Assembly: GCA_010093815.1 (NCBI GenBank)
Contig: ML996582.1
Strand: one strand, 5' to 3'
DNA from: Pseudovirgaria hyperparasitica
Lineage: Eukaryota
DNA: 64,000 nt
Under the pieces are notes generated by a model. That model saw nothing but the letters and a program-made list of their open reading frames with translations. It made no database searches and was not told where the DNA came from. A program made the position numbers and the translations under genes. This document shows, one piece after another, positions 1 through 13,019 of this stretch (the stretch's first letter is position 1; each line of letters opens with the position of its first letter).

Positions 1-446
1 GTGGGACAAAGACCATAAGGCTGTATCCGCCAGGCGATGTTGATCTTCTTGGTTTTGGACCGGGGTCATCAAGTTCAAATATCGATGTATTTGGTACTGA
101 AATAATTCCTCATACATGTCCTGTCGATGCAAAGTTACAACCTGGCGACATCTTATACATACCTCCAATGTGGATGCATGGAGCCATGCCAACAGCAGGA
201 AACAGTGTCGCAGTGAATTGTTTCTTCAGAAACCTGGAGACGGGCTATGCGATGGGCAAAGACGTGTACGGCAATCGAGACCTACAATCGTACGAACAAG
301 GACGAAGAGATGTCGAAAAGTTGGTACGATCGTTCGATGGGATACCCAGGGACATTCGACGATTCTATCTTCAGCGGTTGGCGGCTGAGTTGCGATCTCA
401 TGCTGGGGGCGAAGAGTGTGTCGAGGCCGAGGAGGATCAGCATTGA
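1..446 (+). CDS. 3' end of JmjC/cupin-domain protein, probably tRNA wybutosine-synthesizing protein 4 (TYW4/PPM2-like); 5' truncated by window edge
   Basis: Frame is open from position 3 (GTKTIRLYPPGDV...LQPGDILYIPPMWMH...SVAVNCFFRNL...GKDVYGNRDLQSYE) to TGA at 446. L-x-PGD-x-LYIP-x-x-W-x-H is a JmjC signature; the DVYGNRDL tail resembles fungal TYW4. Confidence 0.7.
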   Translation, partial: GTKTIRLYPPGDVDLLGFGPGSSSSNIDVFGTEIIPHTCPVDAKLQPGDILYIPPMWMHGAMPTAGNSVAVNCFFRNLETGYAMGKDVYGNRDLQSYEQGRRDVEKLVRSFDGIPRDIRRFYLQRLAAELRSHAGGEECVEAEEDQH

Positions 447-2132
447 CAGCTAGAAACTCAGAAACTATCTTTCTGATCACACGATGGTACTGCGTTCCAC
501 GGTCGTGCTGCGGATTGTCAGAATCGGCAACACGTCACACCAGTAATGACACCTGTACCCCTCCTCTTCCCCAGCTGCAGCAGTAAGCATCGGAGGTTAC
601 TCCGAGATCTTGAACAGGCAAAGTCCGCGTGGTCATCTCACTCTGGAGTTTAAACACAGCCCCGATGAAGGAACTATAACCTCATATGTCACAACATTGT
701 GGAGGAGACGACAGAGCATAGTGGAGATGATGGGCCAGAGGGTAACCGTACTTAATAATAACGAAAATCAGCGCCACAGCTGTGAAGTGTTCGCGCTAGC
801 GCTGATAGTGGGGAGAGCAAGCAGACGTGGCGGCCGAGAATCCCAGCCCACTCCCTCCCTGGTCCTGGCTGTGGGACTGCGGGGTAGCACTGACAATCAG
901 TCGATCGTCGTGAATAGGTGGGCCTCACAGTGACAGCAACAGCAACAGCAAATGCACAACATAATAGCACTGAGGGTGTGAGACACGCGATAATACTGCT
1001 GCTAACGATGATGATCTTCTCAGAGTCAATCGATCCGATCACGACACCAACAAGTGGCTGCAGGAACGCGCGACATCGAATACCGCTGAAGTCAGAAATC
1101 ATGCTAGATGCGGCTGCTGAGAAATTCGATCGCTGATAAGGAACATGTGTTTGTTGGCTCGCTGGCTCTGTTGGCTGGCTGACTGGCTGGCTGGCTCACT
1201 GGCTAGAGCCCAGATAAGAGCGACAGGCGAACAAACAAATGACGGGATTGGCACGCTACACCCTCCACTCGCCCCCCTCGCACGAACACCATACCGCTAT
1301 CTGTTAATCATGTTAACCCTGGTAGCCCAGCCCAGGCCGCCCCGGGCGCTAAGACGCCTGCAACTTGTGCAACTTGCCAGCCGAATGCTGTGCTGGCTGC
1401 TGTGCTGTCGGCTGCCTGCTTCACCTGTTGCACGTTACTTCAGTCGGCATTGCCTTCTCTGTCGTTGTGTGCAGAGATCACATACACTCGTGTAATGGAC
1501 GTCGCTATGTCCTTAAGAGATCCTGCCTTAGGATAACGTGTTTTCAGAGTCTTCTGGTTGCAGCTGGCAGAAATCTAGTGGAGTGCACGGTCGGACAAGA
1601 ATCCATGCAGCTATAATTAGTTAAACCTGTTTAGATCTAGCGCTCTCCGCATGCCCCGCCGTGTGGTATCTATGTATACGATTCACTCCATCCACCACTT
1701 TTCGCCCGTGTCACTCGTTGATTCCTCCTTTTCTGCTGCTTTGTCTTGTAAGAGTACAACTCATCGCAATTGAAATCTCGACCTCTCACCACCTCCCTGT
1801 CACCACGACTCTATCTCCACACCGTGCCAGCATAGCACGACTTGTGTCAAAATATTGACCATCGTCCACTACCCATGCGCCTTTCTATTGTTGCTCTCAG
1901 GATATATCCAGCTACCAACGCCAGTCTTTGCGTTTAAGATTCAACACAAATGCCTTAAGACATCCCTGCCTGGGTTGCTTTGTAGGTACCTTCGTTGGCT
2001 TCAACAGCTCCGACAGTTCACCTTACATTCCACGAAAACAGACCCTCCAAGCGAAAAATTGTGCCTACTCCTGTACCAGATAGACTCGAGCCTTGAGTAA
2101 ACCTCGCACACGAATCTCAACAGCCTAAAATC

Positions 2133-4391
2133 ATGGCTGCTATTGTAGCTCGAAGTCCAGCGCTACCCTCACGCACCGCAACGCCTCCGCCGCATCTCAC
2201 GCTCAATACCTCTACGAGAGGAACTCCCGCGCCTGTACCCAACAAACACTTACCGTTCTGCTCGCCGGGGCCCACTCCTAGGAGAGGTCTGGAGACTCCC
2301 CCAGCCTCTCCGCCAACCAAGAATGCCATCATTGAATCTTCTTCAGTACTGTATCCTCCCGATAACTTCACTCACATCTTCAAGGAGCCTCCCATATACT
2401 CAATCGATGCAAAGAAAGTGGTCGAAGCTGTGGAACAGTTCTCATCACAGCCATTACCAGATACCAAACAAGTGTTTCCATGGTTGCATGGTCTACATGC
2501 CGAAAACCAGATGCAACTGGCCTTCTTTGTCCAAAGGAAAAAGGCACTGAGGAGGACACCAAAATGCATCCGTGGAATAACCATTGTGAAGGCCGGTGGT
2601 GACCTGAATCATTCAAAGTTGAAGGGCGCAATCGCCCCGGAAGAGCTGCTAGTCTCGCATAACTTGTACGATAGCCAAGCGTCATTCATCGAATGCGACC
2701 CCAAGGACGGCTTTTCGGTGAGAAACTTCCAAATACAGATAGCTAAGATGGCCGCGGTTTCGGATATCATTGTTTACGGCGATTCCATCACTCCGTCTCG
2801 GCAGGTCATAAATCTCGCAAAGCAGATCTCATTGGCGCAGATAGCCTGGCGGGAGCGACATGTTGCTGCGGGAGCTGAACCTCAAGTGTTCAATACGTTC
2901 GCAGTGACTGGTAAGTGTGACTATGGGTGTCTAATATCATAGTATCTGACCTTATTCCACAGACAGCTACGACATCTTTGAGGCGAATTATGGCTCAGTC
3001 GTTGCAATAGATTCGAAGGGCAAGACGACGGGACAGACAATCGACTTTTGTAAGCTACACGGAACTCTCTGTACATTTCCAAACTAACGGATGAAGTCCA
3101 CCGTGAACGTTTTGAGATGTGTGTAATGTCAAAAGCATCCGAGATCAGCAAAGGAGTGTACCTTGGACCAACACCGGACCAAATGCTAGAGTGCTCCCCT
3201 GGTGAATCTGACTATGATGTTCTCATTGAGGCAAGCGATCTGGCCCATGTTTCGGAAACTAGTACACTCAACGCTGCGCTAAAGTCGTCACAAGATCAAG
3301 GCCAATGGCCTCTTCATCTTGACTTTCTTTCGTCCGGAAGCATTCTTCCCCCAACTTGGTCGCACATGGAGGTTGATGGGCTAATGGAGATGTGCAAGTG
3401 GATATATGAATTTGTTCATGAGCAAGACGAGTTTATAAACGACTCGAAAGATGAAGATGGCGATAATATTATGATGTCGCGACTCAATCTCAAGCGCAAG
3501 GTCTTGATTCACTGCGCAGATGGGTACACCGAATCGTCACTGTTGGGTCTAGCATATTTCATGTATGCCGAGGGCCTCACAGTCCATGAGGCGTGGATCA
3601 AGCTCCACGTTGAGAAAGGCCGGAACTTCTTTGCGTATCCGACAGATGTTGCGTTGCTGAAAGCCATTCAGCCTCGAATTCTCTCAGAATCTCCACGATG
3701 GAAGGGCGAAATCACATCCATCCAAGACCCCAAGTGGCTAGCACGTATCGACGGTAGTCTACCTAGTCGTATCCTACCATACATGTACCTGGGTAATCTC
3801 GGACACGCCAACAATCCAGACATGCTGAAAGAGCTCGGCATCAAACGCATTCTTAGTGTGGGAGAACCCATTAACTGGGCGAGAGAGGAAAATTCATGGC
3901 CCACGGAGAACCTGTTGTACATCGACAGAGTACAAGATAATGGTGTTGATCCGTTGACGGAAGAATTCGACAAGTGTTTGCGATTCATTGGTGCGTCGGT
4001 CGGCAGACCGTTCTGGATGTACGAACTGACGAATAATAGAACGCGGGAAGCAAGACGGGAGTGCGACACTTGTACACTGTCGCGTTGGTGTATCCAGGTC
4101 TGCGACCATATGTATCGCGGAGGTCATGAGTGAGCTGGGCCTTTCATTTCCTCGTGCATAGTACGTACCCTTTCCAAGAATTAGCAAACGCATACTCATC
4201 ACGACAGCTGTTTCGTCCGTGCACGACGCTTGAATGTTATCATTCAACCGCATTTGCGATTCACCTACGAGTTGCTCAAGTGGGAAGAGTACCAGCGCTT
4301 GAAGTGCGGTGCGCCCCTGAAGCGCGAGCTCGAATGGGCGACTGTCTGTCGCGAAATTGCCCTTATGAACAAGCCGTATTCGAGGCAGTAG
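2133..4391 (+). CDS. PPS1: Dual-specificity protein phosphatase, PPS1-like (5 exons)
   Basis: ORFs 2133-2942 and 3117-4133 joined by GT-AG introns (~2911-2962, ~3050-3096, ~3991-4039, ~4161-4207). Motifs VFPWLHGLH, HCADGYTE, LPSRILPYMYLGNL and catalytic HCRVGVSRSA; ends NKPYSRQ-TAG at 4391. Confidence 0.85.
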
Positions 4392-5236
4392 TAATTATTA
4401 GTATCGGTTTCCAAGCATATAAAGCATGTGGACATCCTTTCCGGCTAGAGGATCCCTCCTTGCTTGATGATATTTACGATTGAGTATGATTGGAACGCTT
4501 TCAATGACCGGCTGTGTGCGGTCAAATGGTGTGGTTCGGCGTTCAGGCGATCATCAGAAATCACATTTGATGGACAGTGTTCGAAGTTTGGACACTGATT
4601 GGGAAATATTCGAGTTTATGAGTTTGTTATGATCTAACGTGCGGGACTCAAACGGGGCTTTGCATTCAACGAGGTCCTGTCGCTCTGCTGTCAACATTTT
4701 TCTTCGGTTCAAATTGTACTTTCGGGGCTGCGTTACTACACATATATGCCTGGAGCACTATCTGAAGGAGAGAAATTGCAGGTGCTATTTGAAGTGGGTA
4801 TTCGAAAGCGTCGGCTCTTGTATTTGTATCAGCTTTATGGGCTTGTCTCCACCGGAAGGGGTGCCTTATTGGCAAGAACTATACATGCTATACATTCCTG
4901 CATCATTCACACAACACTAAGCATCATTGAACATGGAAACACTGAATGTTTTTATCATTATGCAGAGCACGTGATCTCGACCAATCAAAGCCACGTGCTC
5001 GCGCGTTGCCCGGGCATGCCTAGTGCATCTCATTTCATCATCGCGCACGGTTCACCCTGACTGACAAGCTCAGAGGTTCCACAGTGCATAGAACCCCTTC
5101 TACAACCGATCCTTAACGTCTCTAGATATCACACACGACATAATTACTCAAATGACAATCAGCTCCACATCGGCCTAATTTACACAATTAACTTATCGAC
5201 AATACAAGTATACACCCCTCTAAGACGACTCCCATA

Positions 5237-5994
5237 ATGCCTCCCAAACGCCCCAGCAAACGCACCACCACCACCAGCAGCACAGCCCAATCCACCCTCG
5301 CATTCCACGGTGCTCAAGGCGCACGCATCACAAAATCCGGCGCCGCCCAAACAGCTACAAAATCGAAATACTTCAAGGCCAGTGCGCCTGCGAAGCGCTC
5401 CATCTCGCCGACGCCCGCAGACGAGCCTGCGAGCGCACAGATCGACGTTGCAACACCGGCCAAAGCAGAGGAGGTTCCCAAACAGAAGACAAACGAAGAA
5501 GAAAACGTAAATGTAGAATACGAAGAAGAACACGAGGCGTTTGTTGCGCCGGCAGTGAAGGCAGAGACGGAGACCGCACACAGAGACGAGAACGAGACCG
5601 AGGCATTGAAGATTAGCGATGCGCGGATCCGGAAGTATTGGGCGGCGAAGGAGCGCGAGAGGATTGCGAAGAGGGTGCATCAAGGTGGTTTGAGCACGGA
5701 GGAGAAGGTGTTGAGAGAGTTTGATATTGCGGCGAAGTTTGGGGTGAGCTTTTTTCTTGATTGGCCCCTCTCTTCCTTGAATCTATCATATGGAATAGAT
5801 GGGAGATAGGTGAGGACTCCTTACTGACAAGTTCATAGCCTTGTGTTGGTATAGCACGCATAAAGCGCTGGAAAAGAGCGAAGAAGCTTGGCTTGGAGCC
5901 GCCGGTTGAGGTTTTGGCTGTATTGCTGAAGGAGGAGGGAACGAGAGAAAGGGCGTATGTGGATGAGTTGATGGGCACACGGTTTGTGCAGTAG
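5237..5994 (+). CDS. DNA polymerase delta subunit 4 (Cdm1/POLD4 family), 2 exons
   Basis: Exon 1 ends ...EKVLREFDIAAKFG, intron ~5744-5838, exon 2 PCVGIARIKRWKRAKKLGLEPPVEVLAVL...TAG at 5994. Matches the LRxFD...GPCxGxxRxxRWxRAxxLGLxPP family motif. Confidence 0.85.
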
Positions 5995-6250
5995 CCTGTG
6001 GCAGAGACGTGAGGAAAGAGCAATATCAAGTCAAAGGAACCGGTTGGAGTCAGGGTGTTTTATTGGGTTGTGCAATTATGGCGTCAGATCCTTTGCTCTC
6101 GAAGCATAGCCATAGGGCACTCGGCGGGTTGGCGAATTCCTATTCGATGAAATGCGTATGTGCATACTTTTCCTGCACACCTGACCTATAACATATTCGA
6201 CTCGCTTGCCATTCATCAATGGTAATTATTTGTCTTCTCCGAAATATTCT

Positions 6251-7074
6251 TTAGTCCAACGACTTACATAACGCGATTAAGCTAAAATTCTCATTGCCAC
6301 TCTCTTTCTCCCTTTCAATGAACGCCCTTGGTCCCAATTGCAACGCCTTCTCGCTCAATACATCACCGGTTCCGATATCGCCCCTGTCAAGAGGTCCTTT
6401 CCGCCGCCCATCCATCTCCCATAGGTGCCCGTCCGCCGCCTTCACGAAACACACAAAGTGCAGATCAATAGTGTCGTCCGCAGACGGCGCAGCAGTATCC
6501 CCTGTCGACGCAGCACTAGCATGTGCAGCCTCTAGCTCCTTACTCTCATACAACAACTGTGCACGCTCTAACGGCCCCCTCGGCACAGCCTCAGCCAGCA
6601 ACTTCGCCAAATTGGACTCCGGCACAATATTCTCTCGCGCCTCTCCATTAGACACCGCGTGCAACAGTCCGATCAATCCACATGCGTTCCCGATGGTTTG
6701 CTTATACCACACCACGGGCTCCGCATCGCCACTACCGGAGTAGTCTTGTGCGGACGAGTCCTCGGACATGCGATGCGCTTCGTATGCTTGCGTGACTGGG
6801 AAGACGAGCAGGAGGGCGTGCGCCGGGCGTGGGATAAATTCGAGGAGGGACGGCTCGTCGATGGACCATACTTCGTGGAAGGCGAGGTTGCGGGAGAGGC
6901 CGAGAGTGGTCATCAGGTTGGTCATCACTTCCGGGTTGTTTTCTGTGGGGGCCTGGAGTCAGCGTGTTGCCATGGAGGGTTTTGCGGGGGGGCGGGGGGT
7001 GCTTGGGTGAATGTACCTAGAGGGACGAAGCGTTTGTTTGTCCGTGGGACGTCGGGGTCGTCTATTGTGGACAT
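6251..7074 (-). CDS. YUH1: Ubiquitin carboxyl-terminal hydrolase (UCH-L3/YUH1 family, peptidase C12), 2 exons
   Basis: MSTIDDPDVPRTNKRFVPL / intron ~6944-7016 / ENNPEVM...; catalytic KQTIGNACG, LHFVCFV and WEMDGRRKGP. Confidence 0.88.
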
Positions 7075-7430
7075 GCTGGTAGATTTGAAGCGTGGATTTT
7101 GGGACGTTGAATTCGTAGAGGATGAATTTCAAGAAGACTCAGAGCTGTTCGTAAGTTTAATGCAGGGCTGAAAAATGCGCCTTCAAGTGGACAGTGTGAC
7201 GTAATGTTTGGTTCCGCGTTAAATTGAGAACGACCCCGCGGTTGGGGGCAAATGGCCAAGTGGTCAGTTAAGAACGAATAATAACAAACTTCCTAAAGTA
7301 GCCTTTCTTGCTTGTGTGTGCTTGAGTGAGAGATATCGGAGATCATTAGATACATCATCTTGTTTCGACAGCTCTTCCATCCGGCAACTATCCTCCGGGC
7401 AAGACTGTCAAGAGCAAGGAAAAAGCAAGA

Positions 7431-8536
7431 ATGAAAGAATCAGCCCCTGCGAAAGCAGAAGCCCTTATTCCACAATTCGTCTTCGAGCGTCTCCTCAATC
7501 AAGGTGCAATAGATACAGTCATACCCTTGTCCAGAGACTGACCTGGGTCTAGATCAGGGAGGCCGTCGTATATCTCTTCTCGGCAAGATCAACTCAGAAC
7601 CAGCTCTACTCATTGTCGAACGCGCTGCATTTTCTGTGGAAGATGCTCACCTCCGAAACCTCTCGTCTAGTCTGAGCCGGATTCAAAATCTCGGCGCTAA
7701 TGATATTTATAACTGGTTTATGGCTAGCAGCGCGTCCGCTTCACCAGATACATCATCGCAGCAGCCCCAAGATCTCAAGATCAACCTGATCTACCCCTGT
7801 ACTCCAAAACACGTGCAGAAGTACTCGTCTCAGGAGGTGCGTGTTGTAACCGAAACACCAGAGATCTATACAAAGTATGTACGACCGTACGCACAGCGCA
7901 TGCGTGAGGAGGGTCGTTTGAACTGGGTGTTCAACATCATCGACGGCATGGCCGAACAGGAGGATGTGATGTATCGCGAAAGCGGCACCGAAGAAGGGTT
8001 TCTACTCGCTCCAGATCTGTATGTTTTCATCGCCTCCCAAAAACCGACCAATAGACAGAGAGAATTATCCTAATACAGACAGTAATTGGGATCGTAAGAC
8101 TCTAACATCCCTCCACCTCCTCTGCCTCATCGAGCGCCGCGATATCTGGTCGATCCGCGATCTGCGCAAATCGCACGTCCCCTGGCTTAAACACATGCGT
8201 GACAAGCTGCTTGCATCGACAACGAAGCTGTATCCGGCCATTGATGCAGATCAAATCAAGTTGTATTTCCATTATCAGCCGACATACTATCATTTGCATG
8301 TTCATATCGTCCATGCAGCCTTTGATGCTGGTGCTACTCAGTCAGTGGGGAAGGCATTAGGGCTTGAGCATGTCATCTCACAATTGGAAACGTTGGATTC
8401 AGGGGTCAATGCCGATGGAAATGAGGCGAGTCTGGCAGATGTCGACTTGACGTATACGCTGGGGGAGAGGAGTGAGTTGTGGGAGAAGGTGTTTATGCCA
8501 TTGAAGAGCGGCGGGTTACCAGATATTGGAACATAG
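7431..8536 (+). CDS. DCS1: Scavenger mRNA decapping enzyme (DcpS/DCS1, HIT family), 3 exons
   Basis: ATG 7431, introns ~7504-7552 and ~8019-8082. Motifs LGANDIY, LKINLIYPCT, RLNWVFNII, HYQPTYYHLHVH (HIT triad). Confidence 0.88.
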
Positions 8537-8747
8537 GGCATGTAATCCGGATTGCTGCTTTGTTCGAGACAAGGCGGATTGATGCAGAGACTCAAGCTTC
8601 GTGATATGTTGGATGCTTTGAGTTTGGGTGATGTGGATTAGGGTCATAGACAATAGAGGATAAGTGAAAACGTGAACTATAACACTTAAGCATATTACAT
8701 ATCGATAGGAGTCTTTGAATTTGATAACAAAACACGCCGGTGTTCAT

Positions 8748-10838
8748 TTAGACCAGTACGACCACTGACAACGAACCGGTTGTTTTCCGAACAGTCAAAT
8801 CTTCAATCAATTGGTCGTTTCTAAAGACCGTCCAGCCAAGCCTCTGGTACTCTTTTTCACCTGCACTGTGCCGAACGACAAGTCCCATCGCAGTTGAGCC
8901 AGCACCACATCTATTAGAGCGACAGTCCTCACTTCCTTCGGCTTTCTTGTAGGCAAGGAGAAGTAGACCAAGATCAACCCCAGCAAGTTTCTCCGGCACG
9001 GCTTCATCATGTACATCAGCAATGAAGGACCACCGTGACTCTTCATAGCCCGAGATGGACACAATATTGACATAGGACGGTAACTCCTTCTCCCATTCCG
9101 ATTTTCGTTCTGGTCGTTCTAAGCGTAGTAGTGGAGCCCAAAGTTTGATGCGAGCGTCAGTAACAGCACCATATGGATCGTTGTTGACGTTCTCAACTTG
9201 TACTTCTTCCACAACAGCCAAGTCAATGTATTTTCCGAGTGCTGTGATTGACACATAGCCGTCTAGGGCAGCCCAGCTCCACGAAGGCGCACGATAGACC
9301 GGTGAGCGTTTACATTTGCCCCCTACAGACTGCCAGCACAAATCTTCGATGAAATTATCGCGCCATAGCCCTGCGAGATAGTTCTGCCCATTGCTGTGCC
9401 CAAGATTGCGGTATGGCTCGTGAGAGCGTGCTATACCGGCCAATGCTGGTAGTTTGTCCAGGGGATCCGATAGCTTGAGCTTGCCATATGTAGAGATGAT
9501 GGAACACCAGCTCCAGGGACCTCGCCAACTCTTGAACAATCTTGCGGTCTCCACTGGCACTTCCTCTGTGTCATCTATGTCACCAATATAGTTGAGAGGG
9601 ATCGGATGCACGTAGCCATCTTCGGTCGCGAACGTTTTCTTGTCTTCGAAGTAGATTTGTGAGGAGCCAAAGTGGATGGTTCGCGGGGACAGATATCGCT
9701 CTTGGAGAGTCCATGCCCGATCCGAAAGTGGCTCTCCTCGCATATTCAGGTAATGTTGACCTGAGGCGGCCAGTTCGTGCGATACAGGAAATACGAATAC
9801 GTCAGAGTCCGCATCATCGTGATACTTGATAGTCGCGTAGTGCCTGACAGATCTGGGTCCTAAGAACCCTTCAGAATCACGCTCACTAGACGTAGCGGCT
9901 ATGGTCAAGTATGCACGACTGTAGAGATCCGACATGGTAAGAGAGTCACGATTGAAGCCAGTGTCATCTTTCGAAACGCAAAGGCTATCAATCCAGAGAT
10001 AGCGGATTCCAAGACCGCGCACAACAGTTACTGCATCTTGGTAAGACTGAGCTAGTTCAGTAAGACTGATACCAGCTCGTAACTTGTCCTGTGACACCGC
10101 TGAGTCCCAGATCTCTGATTCTGAGTCCCAACGATGACTTAGAATAGCATATCGAGCCCTCTCACCGGAGGTTTCGTGAAGTCTTACGGTCATGACGTCA
10201 GATGAAGAATCACTACAGTCTATTACACGCACTGGTAGCTGGCTTGTGGTCGCGACTTGGTTATCGAAGGTAGATAGCCAGTCCTGGATGTGGAGCAGTG
10301 TACGAGTCGTGGTGGGATCATTGTGGACGACACGACCTCGAAACTGGAATTTGAGTGGGCTATCTGCATAGAGTGTCAGACTGTATTGCATAAGTGAACA
10401 TGATCACATACCATAATCAACACAGTACCCTCCCGCAGCTACCTGCCAGACCTCGTCTCTCTTAGACGCCTTGCACAGGACGATGAACCCGGCAGCGCCT
10501 TCCTTCCGTCGACATATCCACAACTGTCCTTCTGGCTCCCCAATTGGATCGAGATACTTCTTTTGTTCCCCCGTGCTCAACTGGTGTAAGGTATCGAGCG
10601 TACGTGTCACTTCTGAATCGATCAAACGGCAGATATCGCAAGTCTCAGCGGCCTGACTCAGAAGCCCAAGCGACTTGTGGTGTTCTAATCCCAGTTCTAG
10701 ATGCTCGAGATTGGCCTTCGGTAAGTTCTTGTACACGGTAAGGTGGTACGATTCAACTGGAAGATGTTGCCATAGCCATGTAGGAAAGACCGGAAGGTCG
10801 AAAAAGGAAGTCCTACAGCAGACATCACATAGAGGCAT
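8748..10838 (-). CDS. HET-domain (heterokaryon incompatibility) protein, 2 exons
   Basis: ORFs 10404-10898 (MPLCDVC...) and 8748-10391 linked by an intron ~10364-10411. HET motifs YAILSHRW, YLWIDSLCV, RAWTLQERYLSPR, DKLPALAG, YLAGLW, APSWSWA. The start could be 10898. Confidence 0.85.
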
Positions 10839-11328
10839 CGCATTCAAAGTTTCGAACACTCTTGTCAAGTAGTGTGGATGGCACAGAATTTTGGACATCC
10901 CTGTGTTCGCAAGGTCGATATGTCGTCTTCCTCGTAATTACGTAGTGAGGCTTAGCAGTTTCCCATCATTTGACTGCTGATCAACTTGTTGGATCAGGAT
11001 CAGTCAGAGCTAGCAATGTGCCCCGCAGATTTTCACTGCGCACCTGACATCTGTGACGACTTAATCGGGCTATCTCTCACTACATGCGGATGTGAAGCGT
11101 CAAGATATAGCTTCAGACGTGTCTGATGGAAGGCGAAGTACTTCTGCGAGACACTCCAAAGGAATACTGCCCAATCTGGGATACGGAGCATCGAGCTAAT
11201 TATGTGGTTGAACTCCGGATTATATTTTTTATTTATTTATCACATTGCATAATCATCCATCGAGCGACACACCTTGATAAAGAACTAGCCGTGGTCATTT
11301 CATACATGTTTCGAACGTCTGTTCAAAC

Positions 11329-13019
11329 CTACAACTGCGTCTTGTCCCTTAATCCTTTCCAAAACTGGCAGCGCTCCAGCTGCTTCTGACTCACCACCTC
11401 CATTCGCGTTTCATTTGTTCTTAATCTCATCTCCCGCCCTTGCGCATATTTACTCCACTCCGGCGAATGTTTGGCCCGATATGTGTTTGGTGACATTCCA
11501 GTCTTGGCAAAGCTTGTCCAATACCCCTGCAATGTCGAAACCATTTTCGCGTTGATGCCTTCGTACGCATCTGCGCCTTCAAGAGCGACGTAGTTGGTCG
11601 CATATTGAGGTCCCCAGACACCTTGAAGCTCCCATGTGTACGGTACAATGAATCCGGCTGCAACTTCGACAGGATCGCGGATCTCGTCGAGAAAGGTGTA
11701 TACCGGGATATCGGTCTGCTGTAGGGCATTTGAATATTCATATGCCTGACATTCAAACGCTACGTCTCCATAAATGGCAGCTGCGCGGTAGAAGAGCGGA
11801 GCTTCCTTCGTTTTCACTCCAGGTGGTGTAAATCCATAAGGGATGTCTTCATACTGGCAGTTGATCGCAGCGAGATCCTCATCCGTCAGTCGAGGGTATT
11901 GAGCTCGGAGGAACACATTGATATCACTTGTTGTATTGGCCTGAGGAGCGAAAATTGTTCCTTCGGTACCACTTGTCCCTGTAAGGAGTGGAACCTTTGC
12001 GATCTTACCAGCTTTCAAGAGCGCTGAAGGCTGACCTTGGAGCAAGTTCCCATCGACGACTGGCATGTAGGGGAAAAGCGGAGCTTGAGTCTGACTTGGA
12101 AATGGCCTGTAGATATTAGCTGCTTGCAGCTTCTCACTTGGTACAGATCGCAGACAGGTCAAAGAATCGCAACCTGTCGCATTGAGCAACTGCTCATATT
12201 GAAACTCGAGGTCCGACACTTCGTACACAGAAGGCATATAGGGTGCCGCTGAGATACCAGCTCGGAATAGCCCGCGATTGTCGCCACCATGAGCGAGCAT
12301 ATTGAGGAACACGCTGGATATCGATGTACCGAAAATCGTCACCTTAGCCGGATCTCCACCAAAGCTTGCAATGTGTTCAGTAACCCACTCAAGAGCTTTC
12401 TGCTGATCGAGTAGCCCAACATTGAGGTCCCCGTCGGCGCGAACATCTTCACTGGCCAGGAAGCCGTATGGTCCTACGCGATAATTCAATGTCACCACAA
12501 GAACACCATCGTTGCTCGCTTTGATCAAGCCTGTGCCATTGTAGTTAGGGTTAAAAAGTTCTATCTTCATCAGCAGGACATAATTGACAGTCTCTTTCAA
12601 TGACTATACGTACGTACAAATGCGCCTCCGGAGAGCCAAACCATAACCGGCAATTTGGAGTTTCTGGTCGCAGACGCTGGAGCATACACATCGACGAAAA
12701 GGCAGTCTTCGCTCGACGGCACGGGTGGTCCGCCGCTCGCAATTGAGTAGCAGATATCACCGTGTTGCGTCGCATCCTGCACCCCGGCTTCTGCTACGGG
12801 TTCATGTGGTGCTCGAAATCGTAGATCGCCCAGTGGTGGTGCGGCATAACGCATGCCTAGGAATTGGGTTACGCCGATGGGCAGATGCTCGCCCCGATAC
12901 GTTGCATAGCCCAAGTCGACCTCTGGAGACAATCGATGTGTCCCAACGGCATGGCAAATAGCCGCGAAGACTGCGAAGACCAGCCAAGTAAATGAAATCT
13001 GCGATGGTCTGAAGTACAT
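11329..13019 (-). CDS. Secreted type-B carboxylesterase/lipase family protein, 2 exons
   Basis: Hydrophobic signal peptide; FLGMRYAAPPLGDLRFRAP, SEDCLFVDVYAP, WLSGGAF, intron ~12555-12614, NYRVGPYGFL, NVGLLDQ, FGGDPAKVTIFG. Confidence 0.85.

Noticed and set aside
610..2100. Several 65-116 aa ORFs and (GGCT)n/(GCAACA)n short repeats upstream of PPS1
   Set aside because: No recognisable domains; consistent with promoter/5' UTR low-complexity sequence.
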